Shown here in pieces: positions 21,761-30,351 of a DNA stretch of 64,000 nt. Numbering within the stretch: the first letter of the stretch is position 1; every line of letters begins with the position of its first letter. The notes under the pieces were generated by a model. The model saw nothing but the letters and a program-made list of their open reading frames with translations, did not search any database and was not told the origin of the DNA. Source of the stretch: Ignavibacteria bacterium (lineage in GTDB: Bacteria > Bacteroidota > Ignavibacteria > UBA10030 > SZUA-254). Position numbers and translations under genes: made by a program. The stretch lies in NCBI GenBank assembly GCA_016178595.1, contig JACOSY010000029.1, forward strand, positions 17,002 to 81,001, read 5' to 3'.

Positions 21761-22507
21761 GTGGGATTGCTCGACGACAAAGTTGCACTGGTTACAGGCG
21801 GTTCGCGCGGCATCGGTCGAGCGATTGCCGTTGCCCTTGCAGATGCCGGCGCTCATGTGATGATCGTCTACCGCAGGGCTGCAGAGGAAGCCGAGTGTGT
21901 CGCAGATGAGATCAAGAAAAAAGGGCGATCGTCTGTTGCGTTTCAGGGTGACGTTGCTGTTTATATTGAAGCGAAAGATATTGTCGATAAGGTCGTCGTG
22001 CAGTACAACCGGCTCGATATCCTTGTCAACAATGCCGGTATCACGAAAGATGGTTTGTTGATGCGCATGACCGAGGAAGATTGGGACGGCGTCATCAACA
22101 CCAATCTGAAGAGTGTCTTCAACGTTACCAAGGCCGCTATTCGACCGATGATGACACAACGGTCCGGAAAGATTATTAACATCACGTCGGTCTCCGGGAT
22201 CATTGGGAATGCCGGCCAGGCAAATTACGCCGCCTCGAAAGCCGGCATGATTGGTTTTACAAAGTCGCTGGCTAAGGAACTCGGTTCGCGGAACATTCAG
22301 GTGAATGCGGTGGCACCAGGCTTTGTCGAAACGGATATGACTGCAAAACTTACTGACGAGCAGCGTCAGAAGCTTGCCGAAATCATTCCACTTCGGCGAA
22401 CCGCTAAACCGGAAGAGATCGCCGGTGTTGTCCGGTTCCTGGCATCGTCGGATGCAGATTATATTACCGGCCAGGTGATCTGCGTCGATGGCGGAATGGT
22501 AATGTAA
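21761..22507 (+). CDS. fabG: 3-oxoacyl-ACP reductase
   Basis: TGGSRGIG, NNAGITKD, GNAGQANYAASKAG (YxxxK), PGFVETDMT. Confidence 0.97.
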   Translation: MGLLDDKVALVTGGSRGIGRAIAVALADAGAHVMIVYRRAAEEAECVADEIKKKGRSSVAFQGDVAVYIEAKDIVDKVVVQYNRLDILVNNAGITKDGLLMRMTEEDWDGVINTNLKSVFNVTKAAIRPMMTQRSGKIINITSVSGIIGNAGQANYAASKAGMIGFTKSLAKELGSRNIQVNAVAPGFVETDMTAKLTDEQRQKLAEIIPLRRTAKPEEIAGVVRFLASSDADYITGQVICVDGGMVM

Positions 22508-22567
22508 TACGAGTTTTCAAACACCAATTGTAACAATGAGCAATCACTAACAGAAGGAGCAACCAGT

Positions 22568-22804
22568 ATGGCAAATGTTGAAGGGAAAGTCAAAGAAATC
22601 ATCATGAACAAGCTCGGCGTCGAAGCATCACAGGTGACGCTCGAAGCTTCCTTCACGAACGATCTCGGAGCAGATTCATTGGATACTGTTGAGCTCGTGA
22701 TGGAATTCGAAAAAGCATTTAATCTGCAGATTCCGGATGAAGACGCCGAAAAAATTTCGACTGTCGGCGACGCAGTCAAATACCTTTCGGGAAAAGTATC
22801 GTAG
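22568..22804 (+). CDS. acpP: Acyl carrier protein
   Basis: [17 protein letters not shown]; AAGGAG RBS upstream. Confidence 0.98.
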   Translation: MANVEGKVKEIIMNKLGVEASQVTLEASFTNDLGADSLDTVELVMEFEKAFNLQIPDEDAEKISTVGDAVKYLSGKVS

Positions 22805-22851
22805 TCGTCATCGCTCTGTCTCGCTGCACGAGACACTCAGATCGATGACGA
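22805..22851 (+). other. Long imperfect stem-loop between acpP and fabF
   Basis: TCGTCATCG (22805-13) pairs with CGATGACGA (22843-51); inner TGTCTCG (22817-23) pairs with CGAGACA (22829-35); no U-tract. Confidence 0.7.
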
Positions 22852-22897
22852 ATACCGCGGGAGAGATGTTTGATCCCCGATCCATTATGGAGATAGA

Positions 22898-24163
22898 ATG
22901 AGCACAAGCAATCATAAGCCTCGTCGCGCGGTCGTCACTGGCCTTGGCGCAGTGACGCCCATAGGACAGACTGCGGAGGAGTTCTGGAAGAACGCTCTTG
23001 CCGGAAAAAGTGGTGCAGGTCCCATCACACAGTTTAATGCCACGCAGTACGATACGAAGATTGCCTGTGAGGTAAAGAGATTCGATCCCTTAAACTTCAT
23101 GGATAAGAAATCGGTGAATCGAATGGATCTCTTCACGCAGTATGCCATGGCCGTCGCGGAGATGGCAGTCAAAGATTCCCGCATGAATCTCGAGAAAGAG
23201 GACCGGGAACGCATCGGTGTTATCTTTGGTTCCGGCATCGGCGGGATGTGGACGTGGCACAAGCAGATGCAAACCATCCACGAGACCGGCGGTCCGCACC
23301 GCATCAGCCCATTCTTCGTTCCTATGATGATTGCCGATATTGCCGCCGGCCACATTTCCATGCGGTACGGGGCTAAGGGGCCGAACTATGCTACCACGTC
23401 GGCGTGTGCAACATCCGGCCATGCAATCGCAGACGCGTTCATGCTCATTCAGCGGGGTAATGCCGATGTCATGTTCACCGGTGGATCGGAAGCAGCAATA
23501 ACGCCGATGGGCATTGGCGGCTTCAATGCGATGAAGGCCCTCTCTACGCGTAATGACGAGCCGGAAAAAGCCAGCCGTCCCTTTGATGCGCAGCGCGATG
23601 GTTTCGTGATGGGTGAAGGTGCTGGCATGATCATCCTCGAAGAGATCGAACACGCACGCAAACGCGGTGCGCGCATGTACGGTGAGGTGATTGGCATAGG
23701 CATGACGGCCGACGCATACCACATCACACAACCGGCACCAGGCGGTGAAGGCGCAATCCGGTCAATGCGTCTTGCCCTGAAGGATGCCGGTGTGCAGCCG
23801 GAAGAGGTCGATTACATCAATGCGCACGGTACCTCTACGCTCTTCAATGACAGGTCCGAGACACAGGCCATCAAAGCAGTTTTCGGCAAGCATGCCTACA
23901 AGCTGCACGTTAGCTCGACCAAATCGATGACCGGACATATGCTCGGTGCGGCCGGCGCCGTCGAAGCAATCATCTGTATCCTCTCAATGTACCATGATCA
24001 GGTTCCCCCAACAATCAACTACGACTTTCCCGACCCTGAATGCGATCTGAACTACGTGCCGAATCAGCTGATCTCCAAGACCGTCAATATCGCGCTCAGC
24101 AATACGTTCGGATTTGGCGGTCATAATGCATCGCTTCTCTTTAAAAAGCTTCGAGAAAACTGA
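22898..24163 (+). CDS. fabF: 3-oxoacyl-ACP synthase II
   Basis: VVTGLGAVTPIG, TTSACATSGH, SDAYHIT-like TADAYHIT, YINAHGTST, SMTGHMLGAAG, NTFGFGGHN. Confidence 0.97.
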   Translation: MSTSNHKPRRAVVTGLGAVTPIGQTAEEFWKNALAGKSGAGPITQFNATQYDTKIACEVKRFDPLNFMDKKSVNRMDLFTQYAMAVAEMAVKDSRMNLEKEDRERIGVIFGSGIGGMWTWHKQMQTIHETGGPHRISPFFVPMMIADIAAGHISMRYGAKGPNYATTSACATSGHAIADAFMLIQRGNADVMFTGGSEAAITPMGIGGFNAMKALSTRNDEPEKASRPFDAQRDGFVMGEGAGMIILEEIEHARKRGARMYGEVIGIGMTADAYHITQPAPGGEGAIRSMRLALKDAGVQPEEVDYINAHGTSTLFNDRSETQAIKAVFGKHAYKLHVSSTKSMTGHMLGAAGAVEAIICILSMYHDQVPPTINYDFPDPECDLNYVPNQLISKTVNIALSNTFGFGGHNASLLFKKLREN

Positions 24164-24185
24164 TGATGACCGATTACTCTGAATA

Positions 24186-24962
24186 ATGGCTGCAATGGCC
24201 GTGCGTGAGCGTTTGCGACGGTGGGCTGGGAGGATTGTTTGGCTGCTCAAGCGGGGTGCCGGTTCCAGAAATATTGACTTTCGGAAGCTCGAGGAAATTC
24301 TCAAGTACTCAATCCATAATCGACAACTCTTCTCCGAGGCGCTTTCCCATCGCTCGTACCTTCAGATTGTCGGAAATGAGAACGCAATCTCCAACGAACG
24401 CCTTGAATTCCTTGGCGATGCGATCCTGAACCTTGCCGTTGCCGAGTATCTCTATCGCCGCTACATTACAGCCCCTGAAGGAGAATTGACCAAGATTCGC
24501 GCACGGCTCGTCAATCGCAAGGCTTTGAGCATTTACGCACACCATATCCGCTTGGCCGATTTTCTGTTGATGAGTCCAAGTGCGTCGCAAGTAGCCGGCA
24601 AGGGAATGGATACCATTCTTGCAGATGCGTACGAAGCGATCATCGGCGCCATCTACCTTGATGGTGGATTTCACCACGCACAGCAGTTTGTGGAGCAGAC
24701 GATCCTCACGGCGCTTGAGCGCGGGCTGATCAAGACGGAAGATGAAAATTTCAAGAGCCAGCTGCTGGAACATGCACAGGCGACCGGTTACGGGGCTCCA
24801 CGCTACCTGACGATCAATGAGGAAGGTCCGGATCACGACCGGACATTCACCGTCGAAGTGTTTATCGGCAGTGAATCCTATGGTGTCGGCAGAGGCAAGA
24901 ACAAGAAAGATGCCGAGCAGGCCGCCGCCGAACAAGCGCTTCAGCAATTGAACCTGCTCTGA
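24186..24962 (+). CDS. rnc: Ribonuclease III
   Basis: ALSHRSY, NERLEFLGDAIL, LADAYEAIIGAIYLDGG, dsRBD (NFKSQLLE...GPDHDRTFTVEV...KKDAEQAAA). Confidence 0.97.
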   Translation: MAAMAVRERLRRWAGRIVWLLKRGAGSRNIDFRKLEEILKYSIHNRQLFSEALSHRSYLQIVGNENAISNERLEFLGDAILNLAVAEYLYRRYITAPEGELTKIRARLVNRKALSIYAHHIRLADFLLMSPSASQVAGKGMDTILADAYEAIIGAIYLDGGFHHAQQFVEQTILTALERGLIKTEDENFKSQLLEHAQATGYGAPRYLTINEEGPDHDRTFTVEVFIGSESYGVGRGKNKKDAEQAAAEQALQQLNLL

Positions 24963-24964
24963 CA

Positions 24965-25048
24965 ATGAAAGATTTCATCATGTCGGATGACGACATCGTA
25001 AAGATTCTTTTGAGCGCAAAGACTATTGCCATAGCGGTGGCGTCGTAG
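24965..25048 (+). pseudogene. Probable remnant of a CoA-binding (YccU-like) gene
   Basis: 27-aa ORF MKDFIMSDDDIVKILLSAKTIAIAVAS* resembles the 'D-e-I-x-x-IL-xx-AKTIAVVGAS' start of YccU-like proteins, then stops. Confidence 0.45.
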
Positions 25049-25070
25049 TATTTCACCATCTTGCAGACTG

Positions 25071-26432
25071 ATGTCGGATCGAATCTTTCACACAGCATTC
25101 TTTCTCCTCGTTGCGTTGCTTTCAATTCTTAACACTCGCTCGATTGCGGTTGCACAGGATTCGCTGCAAAGCCCGGTTCCACTCTCCGAACTTCCCGATT
25201 CCGTCTGGTCAGTCGATAGTATCATGATTGTAGGAAACGCACACACAAAAGATTTCGTCGTCTTGCGCGAGATGACGCTCCGACCCGGGGTCTCCATCAC
25301 GAAAGCCTTGCTCGAATACGATCAGAATCGGATCTATAGCCTTCGCTTGTTCAATCGTGTGCAATTGCATGTCGTCCCGGCATCAACACCCGGGCTTGCG
25401 CATCTCGTCGTAGAGGTCAGCGAGCGGTGGTACCTCTTTCCATTTCCCGTCTTTGGAATCAAGGACAGGGATTGGAGCAAGGTGTACTACGGTGTAGGCA
25501 TTCTCCATTACAATTTCCGCGGGCGGAATGAAAAGCTTTACGCTGCAATTGTCTTAGGCTACGATCCGTCCTTCTCACTCTCCTATCGGAACCCGTTTCT
25601 GAGCCGGGACGGAACAGATTTTTTGGATGCGAGCGTCGGTTACAGTAAGGTCCGGAACAAAAGCCTCGTCGCGCAATCGGGGATGGAAAATTTCGATGAA
25701 AAACATATCTCAGCAGGACTGACACTTGGAAAACGCTTTGGGATCGAACATGCAGTCTCGGTGCGTGCGGCGTATGAGTATGTCGAAATTGATGATCCGC
25801 TTCCGGGCAGGACGATTTCGCCTTCCGGGATTGACCGTCTTCCCACGGTGACCGTGAGCTACTCGTACGACACGCGCAATCTTGGCGAGTATCCGAGTAA
25901 TGGCACTCTTGCGTACGCCGGCGTCACCAAGTACGGTCTTCCGTCGAAGGATATTGATTTCGTCCGGTACGCCATCGATCTTCGGGAGTTTGTGCCGCTC
26001 TCATCCTCGTTGACGCTTGCAGGCCGCACCTTCGCTGATTTCGTCGCTGCGGGTCCGACACCAAGTTATAATCATATATACTTCGGGTATGGCGAGCGTA
26101 TCCGTGGACATTTCCGTGAAGTGTGGGAAGGTGAAGAACGTATCGGAGCAACGACCGAGCTTCGTTATACTCTACTCGCTCCGCACTATTTCAATGTGGG
26201 CAAGCTACCGCCGGAGTTTAGTGTCTGGCGATTCGGAGTTGTGGCAGCTCTCTTTGCCGATGCAGGAACGGTATGGTTTCGCGGAGAGCCGCTGGCAATC
26301 AATCGGTTTATCAAAGGATACGGTGCCGGCTTGCACTTTCTCCTCCCGTACAGTCTCGTCCTTCGGGCTGAGTACGCATTGAACGAGATTCGTCGCGGAG
26401 AATTTATTATCGATGTTGGAAGCACTCTGTAA
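25071..26432 (+). CDS. Omp85/BamA-TamA family protein with a single POTRA
   Basis: IMIVGNAHTKDFVVLREM...IYSLRLFNRV POTRA; VEVSERWY; NFRGRNE; FADAGTVW; GYGAGL barrel end. Confidence 0.88.
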   Translation: MSDRIFHTAFFLLVALLSILNTRSIAVAQDSLQSPVPLSELPDSVWSVDSIMIVGNAHTKDFVVLREMTLRPGVSITKALLEYDQNRIYSLRLFNRVQLHVVPASTPGLAHLVVEVSERWYLFPFPVFGIKDRDWSKVYYGVGILHYNFRGRNEKLYAAIVLGYDPSFSLSYRNPFLSRDGTDFLDASVGYSKVRNKSLVAQSGMENFDEKHISAGLTLGKRFGIEHAVSVRAAYEYVEIDDPLPGRTISPSGIDRLPTVTVSYSYDTRNLGEYPSNGTLAYAGVTKYGLPSKDIDFVRYAIDLREFVPLSSSLTLAGRTFADFVAAGPTPSYNHIYFGYGERIRGHFREVWEGEERIGATTELRYTLLAPHYFNVGKLPPEFSVWRFGVVAALFADAGTVWFRGEPLAINRFIKGYGAGLHFLLPYSLVLRAEYALNEIRRGEFIIDVGSTL

Positions 26433-26453
26433 CGTAGACGGGATCACAACACG

Positions 26454-27167
26454 ATGGATTATTTCTACTGTCCTCCTCAGAATATTCGTGACAATACATT
26501 CTTCATCGACGCTGAAGAGTTCTCGCACCTTGTTCATGTTATGCGTAAGAAGGAAGGAGACGAGATCATGATTGTCGACGGATGCGGGCACGCCTTCGAG
26601 GCGCGCATTGACGAAGTAAAGAAGAAGGCTGCTCGTGGCACAATCGCTCGCTCTTACGCAAACCATAACGAGCCGCAGGTTGATGTCACTATTGCCGTTG
26701 GCGTCTTGAAAAATCCTTCCAAGTTCGACTTTCTCGTCGAGAAAGTGACGGAACTGGGTGTCAGGCAGATTGTTCCGCTTCTGACGGATCGAACGATACC
26801 AACACATGCAAAAGTCGATCGCTGGCAGAAGCTTGCACTCGCCGCGATGAAACAATCCGGCCGCTCCTACCTTCCGCGCGTGCAAGAACTGACTTCCCTT
26901 GATGACCTGATTCGCCGCGACGATCCATTTGATTTCAAAATCATTGCACATGAACGGGCGGAATCATCGGCGCTCTTTCCGGGCACGCTGGCGAAGAAAG
27001 CGCAATCCATCCTGCTGCTGATCGGACCTGAAGGCGGGTTCAGCGGCGAAGAAGTTGAGAAATGCCTTGCATCCGGTTTCCTCCTCGTCTATTTGGGAGA
27101 CCGGAGGTTACGGACCGAAACTGCTGCCATTGTAGCTACCACGCTTACGCTTCTCTGTAATTCGTAG
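26454..27167 (+). CDS. rsmE: 16S rRNA m3U1498 methyltransferase
   Basis: HLVHVMR, EKVTELGV, AMKQSGR, LIGPEGGFS, LGDRRLRTETAA. Confidence 0.96.
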   Translation: MDYFYCPPQNIRDNTFFIDAEEFSHLVHVMRKKEGDEIMIVDGCGHAFEARIDEVKKKAARGTIARSYANHNEPQVDVTIAVGVLKNPSKFDFLVEKVTELGVRQIVPLLTDRTIPTHAKVDRWQKLALAAMKQSGRSYLPRVQELTSLDDLIRRDDPFDFKIIAHERAESSALFPGTLAKKAQSILLLIGPEGGFSGEEVEKCLASGFLLVYLGDRRLRTETAAIVATTLTLLCNS

Positions 27168-27191
27168 GCCAGGTCCCGATGAATCCATTCG

Positions 27192-27821
27192 CTACGATAC
27201 AATCTTCCCTCTGGCGATGGCCAGAATCTCGTCGGCCTTTGCCTTGCTTGTGCGAAGGAGCGATGCCACTTCTTCCGACTGCCATCCAACGAACTCCGTA
27301 TCGGTGATGCTGCTAAGATTGATTTGCACGTTTAGCGCGGCGCTTTCACCGGCAGCGTACAGCATGAGTGCGCTCACGCCGGCATCACTCGATGAATTGA
27401 CGTTCCCTTTCTCTGCGACAATGCGCGCGAGTGCGAGCGTATCGATGGCGTGCCGCATAACTTCCAGTGGAACAAGCGCCGCCTCCTTCGTCGCTTCCTG
27501 AATTGCCGCCGTGCGGAGCGCCTTCTGTGTATCGGTTTCTTTTGGAAGGGCGTACGCTTCCATCACCTTGCTAAATGCAGCGGTGTCACGGTCGATAAGC
27601 GCAGTGAAATGCTTTCGCTTCTCTTCCGCCTGCCGGAGAACGTTCTTCATCTCAATCTCGTGCTCGGCATATTTCTTCTTTCCAATGGTAAGAGTGCAGA
27701 CCATGGCTGTGAGTGCCGCGCCAAGTGAGCCGGATAACGCCGCAACACTGCCGCCACCCGGTGCGGGCGAGCTGGACGCAAGTTCATCCAGAAACTTTAT
27801 GACGGATTTTTCAACAAGCAT
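27192..27821 (-). CDS. Formiminotetrahydrofolate cyclodeaminase / cyclohydrolase family
   Basis: LASSSPAPGGGSVAAL, MVCTLT, DRDTAAF, GNVNSSSDAG, NVQINL. Confidence 0.92.
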   Translation of the reverse strand: MLVEKSVIKFLDELASSSPAPGGGSVAALSGSLGAALTAMVCTLTIGKKKYAEHEIEMKNVLRQAEEKRKHFTALIDRDTAAFSKVMEAYALPKETDTQKALRTAAIQEATKEAALVPLEVMRHAIDTLALARIVAEKGNVNSSSDAGVSALMLYAAGESAALNVQINLSSITDTEFVGWQSEEVASLLRTSKAKADEILAIARGKIVS

Positions 27822-27845
27822 ACGCCCTGTCCCTTCGCTGGTGAA

Positions 27846-28844
27846 TTAGATCATGTACTCGATGATTTTCTTTTTTGGATCGAATGGATCGATCTGACTG
27901 AGACCAAGCATGTCGACGGCACGCTGAAGAATCTCGTTTTCACTCATGTTTCGATCAGCAGCGTTATAACGTCCCGCGAGAAGGAGTGCTTCCTTTGGGA
28001 TCAAGCCGACAATCTCACTTCCCGTGACATCCGTTCCCAACGCGTGCGCTTCCTTGACGACCTCTTCGAACGCCACGTGCGGAGGAGTGGTGTGGAAATT
28101 CGTGAGGTTGATGGAGACCTGCGCAATGTTCAGCCGCTCGAGCAGGACGCCCATTGCCTTTACGGCTTTGAGAGTGCCCGGTATCGTGATGCTGTTCCCG
28201 GACTCATCCTTCTTCGTGCGGCCGCTCTCCCGAATGCGCAGAGCAATCTCGTGCGCAATATCTTTATTGTTGGTGTTGAGGTTGACGTTGTAGGCGATCA
28301 GGAATTCTCTTGCGCCCGTGGCCGTTGCACCGGATTTTGCATTAAACAGCGGCGTGCCATAGTCCGGCTGCCATCGAGGATCGTTGAGCTTTGTCGGAAG
28401 GCCCTCGTATTCTCCTTTGCGGATCGTGGCAAGGTTGCGTCGTTCCGGAATGCGGGCAGCTTCTTCATAGAGATAGATCGGTATTCCGAGCTCCACGGCA
28501 ACACGCTTGCCGAACTGGTTCGCAAGCGTGACGCACTCTTCCATCGTCATTCCTGCAAGAGGGACGAATGGAACAACATCGGTTGCGCCCATGCGCGGAT
28601 GTTCGCCGGTATGTTCACGCATATCGATGAGCTCCGATGCAGTCTTCGTTGCACGGAACGCTGCTTCCACGGCGGTCTCGGGACTGCCTACGAAGGTGAC
28701 AACCGAGCGGTTATAGTCTTTATCCGGCTCAACGCTCAAGAGCTTTACCCCGTCGACGCTCCGGATACTGTCGGCAATCGCCCGAATGGTTTTGGAATTC
28801 CGCCCTTCACTGAAATTGGGAACACACTCGACGAGTTTGCTCAT
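27846..28844 (-). CDS. ftcD: Glutamate formimidoyltransferase
   Basis: VECVPNFSEGR, DYNRSVVT, HTGEHPRMGATDVVPF, IRKGEYEG, GAREFLIAYNVNL, QVSINL, GSEIVGLIP. Confidence 0.95.
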   Translation of the reverse strand: MSKLVECVPNFSEGRNSKTIRAIADSIRSVDGVKLLSVEPDKDYNRSVVTFVGSPETAVEAAFRATKTASELIDMREHTGEHPRMGATDVVPFVPLAGMTMEECVTLANQFGKRVAVELGIPIYLYEEAARIPERRNLATIRKGEYEGLPTKLNDPRWQPDYGTPLFNAKSGATATGAREFLIAYNVNLNTNNKDIAHEIALRIRESGRTKKDESGNSITIPGTLKAVKAMGVLLERLNIAQVSINLTNFHTTPPHVAFEEVVKEAHALGTDVTGSEIVGLIPKEALLLAGRYNAADRNMSENEILQRAVDMLGLSQIDPFDPKKKIIEYMI

Positions 28845-28862
28845 AACGTCAATTCACATCCT

Positions 28863-30110
28863 TCACACTTCCAGCACGACTCCATCTTTCACCACCTTCT
28901 CAACATGGTTTTCGCCGAAATGGTATGGGATATACTTGTAGTTCGGAACGTCGAGCACGATAAGGTCCGCCTTCTTGCCCACTTCGATGCTGCCGATTTC
29001 ATGAGAAAGATTGAGTGCCGCGGCTGCATTGAGCGTCGATGCAGCGATGGTTTCTTCCGGCGTCATGTGCATCTGTGTGCATGCGATGGTCATCATAAGC
29101 GGGATGGTATATGACATGCACGACCCCGGATTGAAGTCTGACGCGAGCGCGACAGGAACTCCGGCCTCGATCAGTGCCCGTGCCGGGGCATAACCATGAT
29201 TCAAAAAGAATGAAACCCCCGGGAGTAGAACGGCAACCGTTCCCGAGCGGGCAAGCGCCGCAATCCCATTCTCACTGATGTGCTCGAGGTGATCGGCTGA
29301 AACAGCACCAACTTCAGCGGCAAGCTCCGCGCCGCCAAGCGGAGTAAGTTCGTCGGCATGAATCTTCGGCAGCATTCCAAACTGCTTTCCTTGCATCAAG
29401 ATCGATCGGCTCTCCTCGAGTTCAAAGTAAGATCGCTCACAGAACACGTCACAGAATGCCGCAAGCTTCTTCGAGCCGATGTAGGGAATCAATCGGTTCA
29501 TAACTTCATTCACGTACTCAGCTTTTCGATCTCCATACTCCGGCGGTACTGCGTGGGCGCCGAGAAAGGTGGGAACGATCCGCATCACTTCCTCGTTGTC
29601 GAGTTCGTTGATTGCTTCGAGCATCTTCACCTCGGCATGGGCGTCCAAACCGTAGCCGCTCTTGATCTCGACGGTCGTTGTTCCGTGTTTCATCATGGCA
29701 CTGAGGTGGCGACGAGCATTCTTCTTAAGATCTTTCTTCGTTGTTTCACGCACCGCCTTCACGGTTTTGAGAATGCCGCCGCCTTCGGCGGCTATTTGCT
29801 GGTAGGTTGCACCGGCGGCACGTTCGGCAAATTCATCTTCCCGGTTTCCTGCAAAGAGAAGATGTGTATGTGCATCGACAAAGCCAGGGAGGACAACGCG
29901 TTCCATGCAGTCGAGGACCTCCGTCTCACCACCAAGGCTGCTCATCGATAAGTCTTTCATCCGCCCAATCCATGTGATGACTTCGTGATCGATCATGACA
30001 GCGGCATTATCGATGATGCCGAGGTCCCGCATGGCTGCACCAACTTTGACCCTCTCTCCAGCCGATGAAACGGTCACAAGCTGTCGAATATTGATGAGTG
30101 CAAGCTTCAC
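28863..30110 (-). CDS. hutI: Imidazolonepropionase
   Basis: PGFVDAHTH, GGGILKTV, GTTTVEIKSGYGL, TFLGAHA, DVFCE, KIHADEL, SADHLE, ALASDFNPG. GTG start at 30110 chosen. Confidence 0.96.
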   Translation of the reverse strand: MKLALINIRQLVTVSSAGERVKVGAAMRDLGIIDNAAVMIDHEVITWIGRMKDLSMSSLGGETEVLDCMERVVLPGFVDAHTHLLFAGNREDEFAERAAGATYQQIAAEGGGILKTVKAVRETTKKDLKKNARRHLSAMMKHGTTTVEIKSGYGLDAHAEVKMLEAINELDNEEVMRIVPTFLGAHAVPPEYGDRKAEYVNEVMNRLIPYIGSKKLAAFCDVFCERSYFELEESRSILMQGKQFGMLPKIHADELTPLGGAELAAEVGAVSADHLEHISENGIAALARSGTVAVLLPGVSFFLNHGYAPARALIEAGVPVALASDFNPGSCMSYTIPLMMTIACTQMHMTPEETIAASTLNAAAALNLSHEIGSIEVGKKADLIVLDVPNYKYIPYHFGENHVEKVVKDGVVLEV

Positions 30111-30291
30111 GTCGATGTGGCGATTATTGATGAGAAATTTGTGTGGGAATGCGTGAGGATGTTTTTTCTCACTAACCCCTGCGATTATAACGCGTTGCAA
30201 GATACTGAAAAAGTTTTCTTTTTACAATGGGCAGGCTTGGACACAAGCAACGTCAGACATCTTCGTATTGGCGCTTGTTTCTTCTTGAAAG

Positions 30292-30328
30292 AAAAAACCC
30301 CAGCCTGCTGACACATGCCGGGGTTTTA
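30292..30328 (-). terminator. Intrinsic terminator after the subtilase locus (possibly bidirectional)
   Basis: Minus strand AAAACCCCGGC-loop-GCTGGGGTTTTTT. Confidence 0.7.
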
Positions 30329-30351
30329 TTTCTATCACCGATAGGTTGCGG

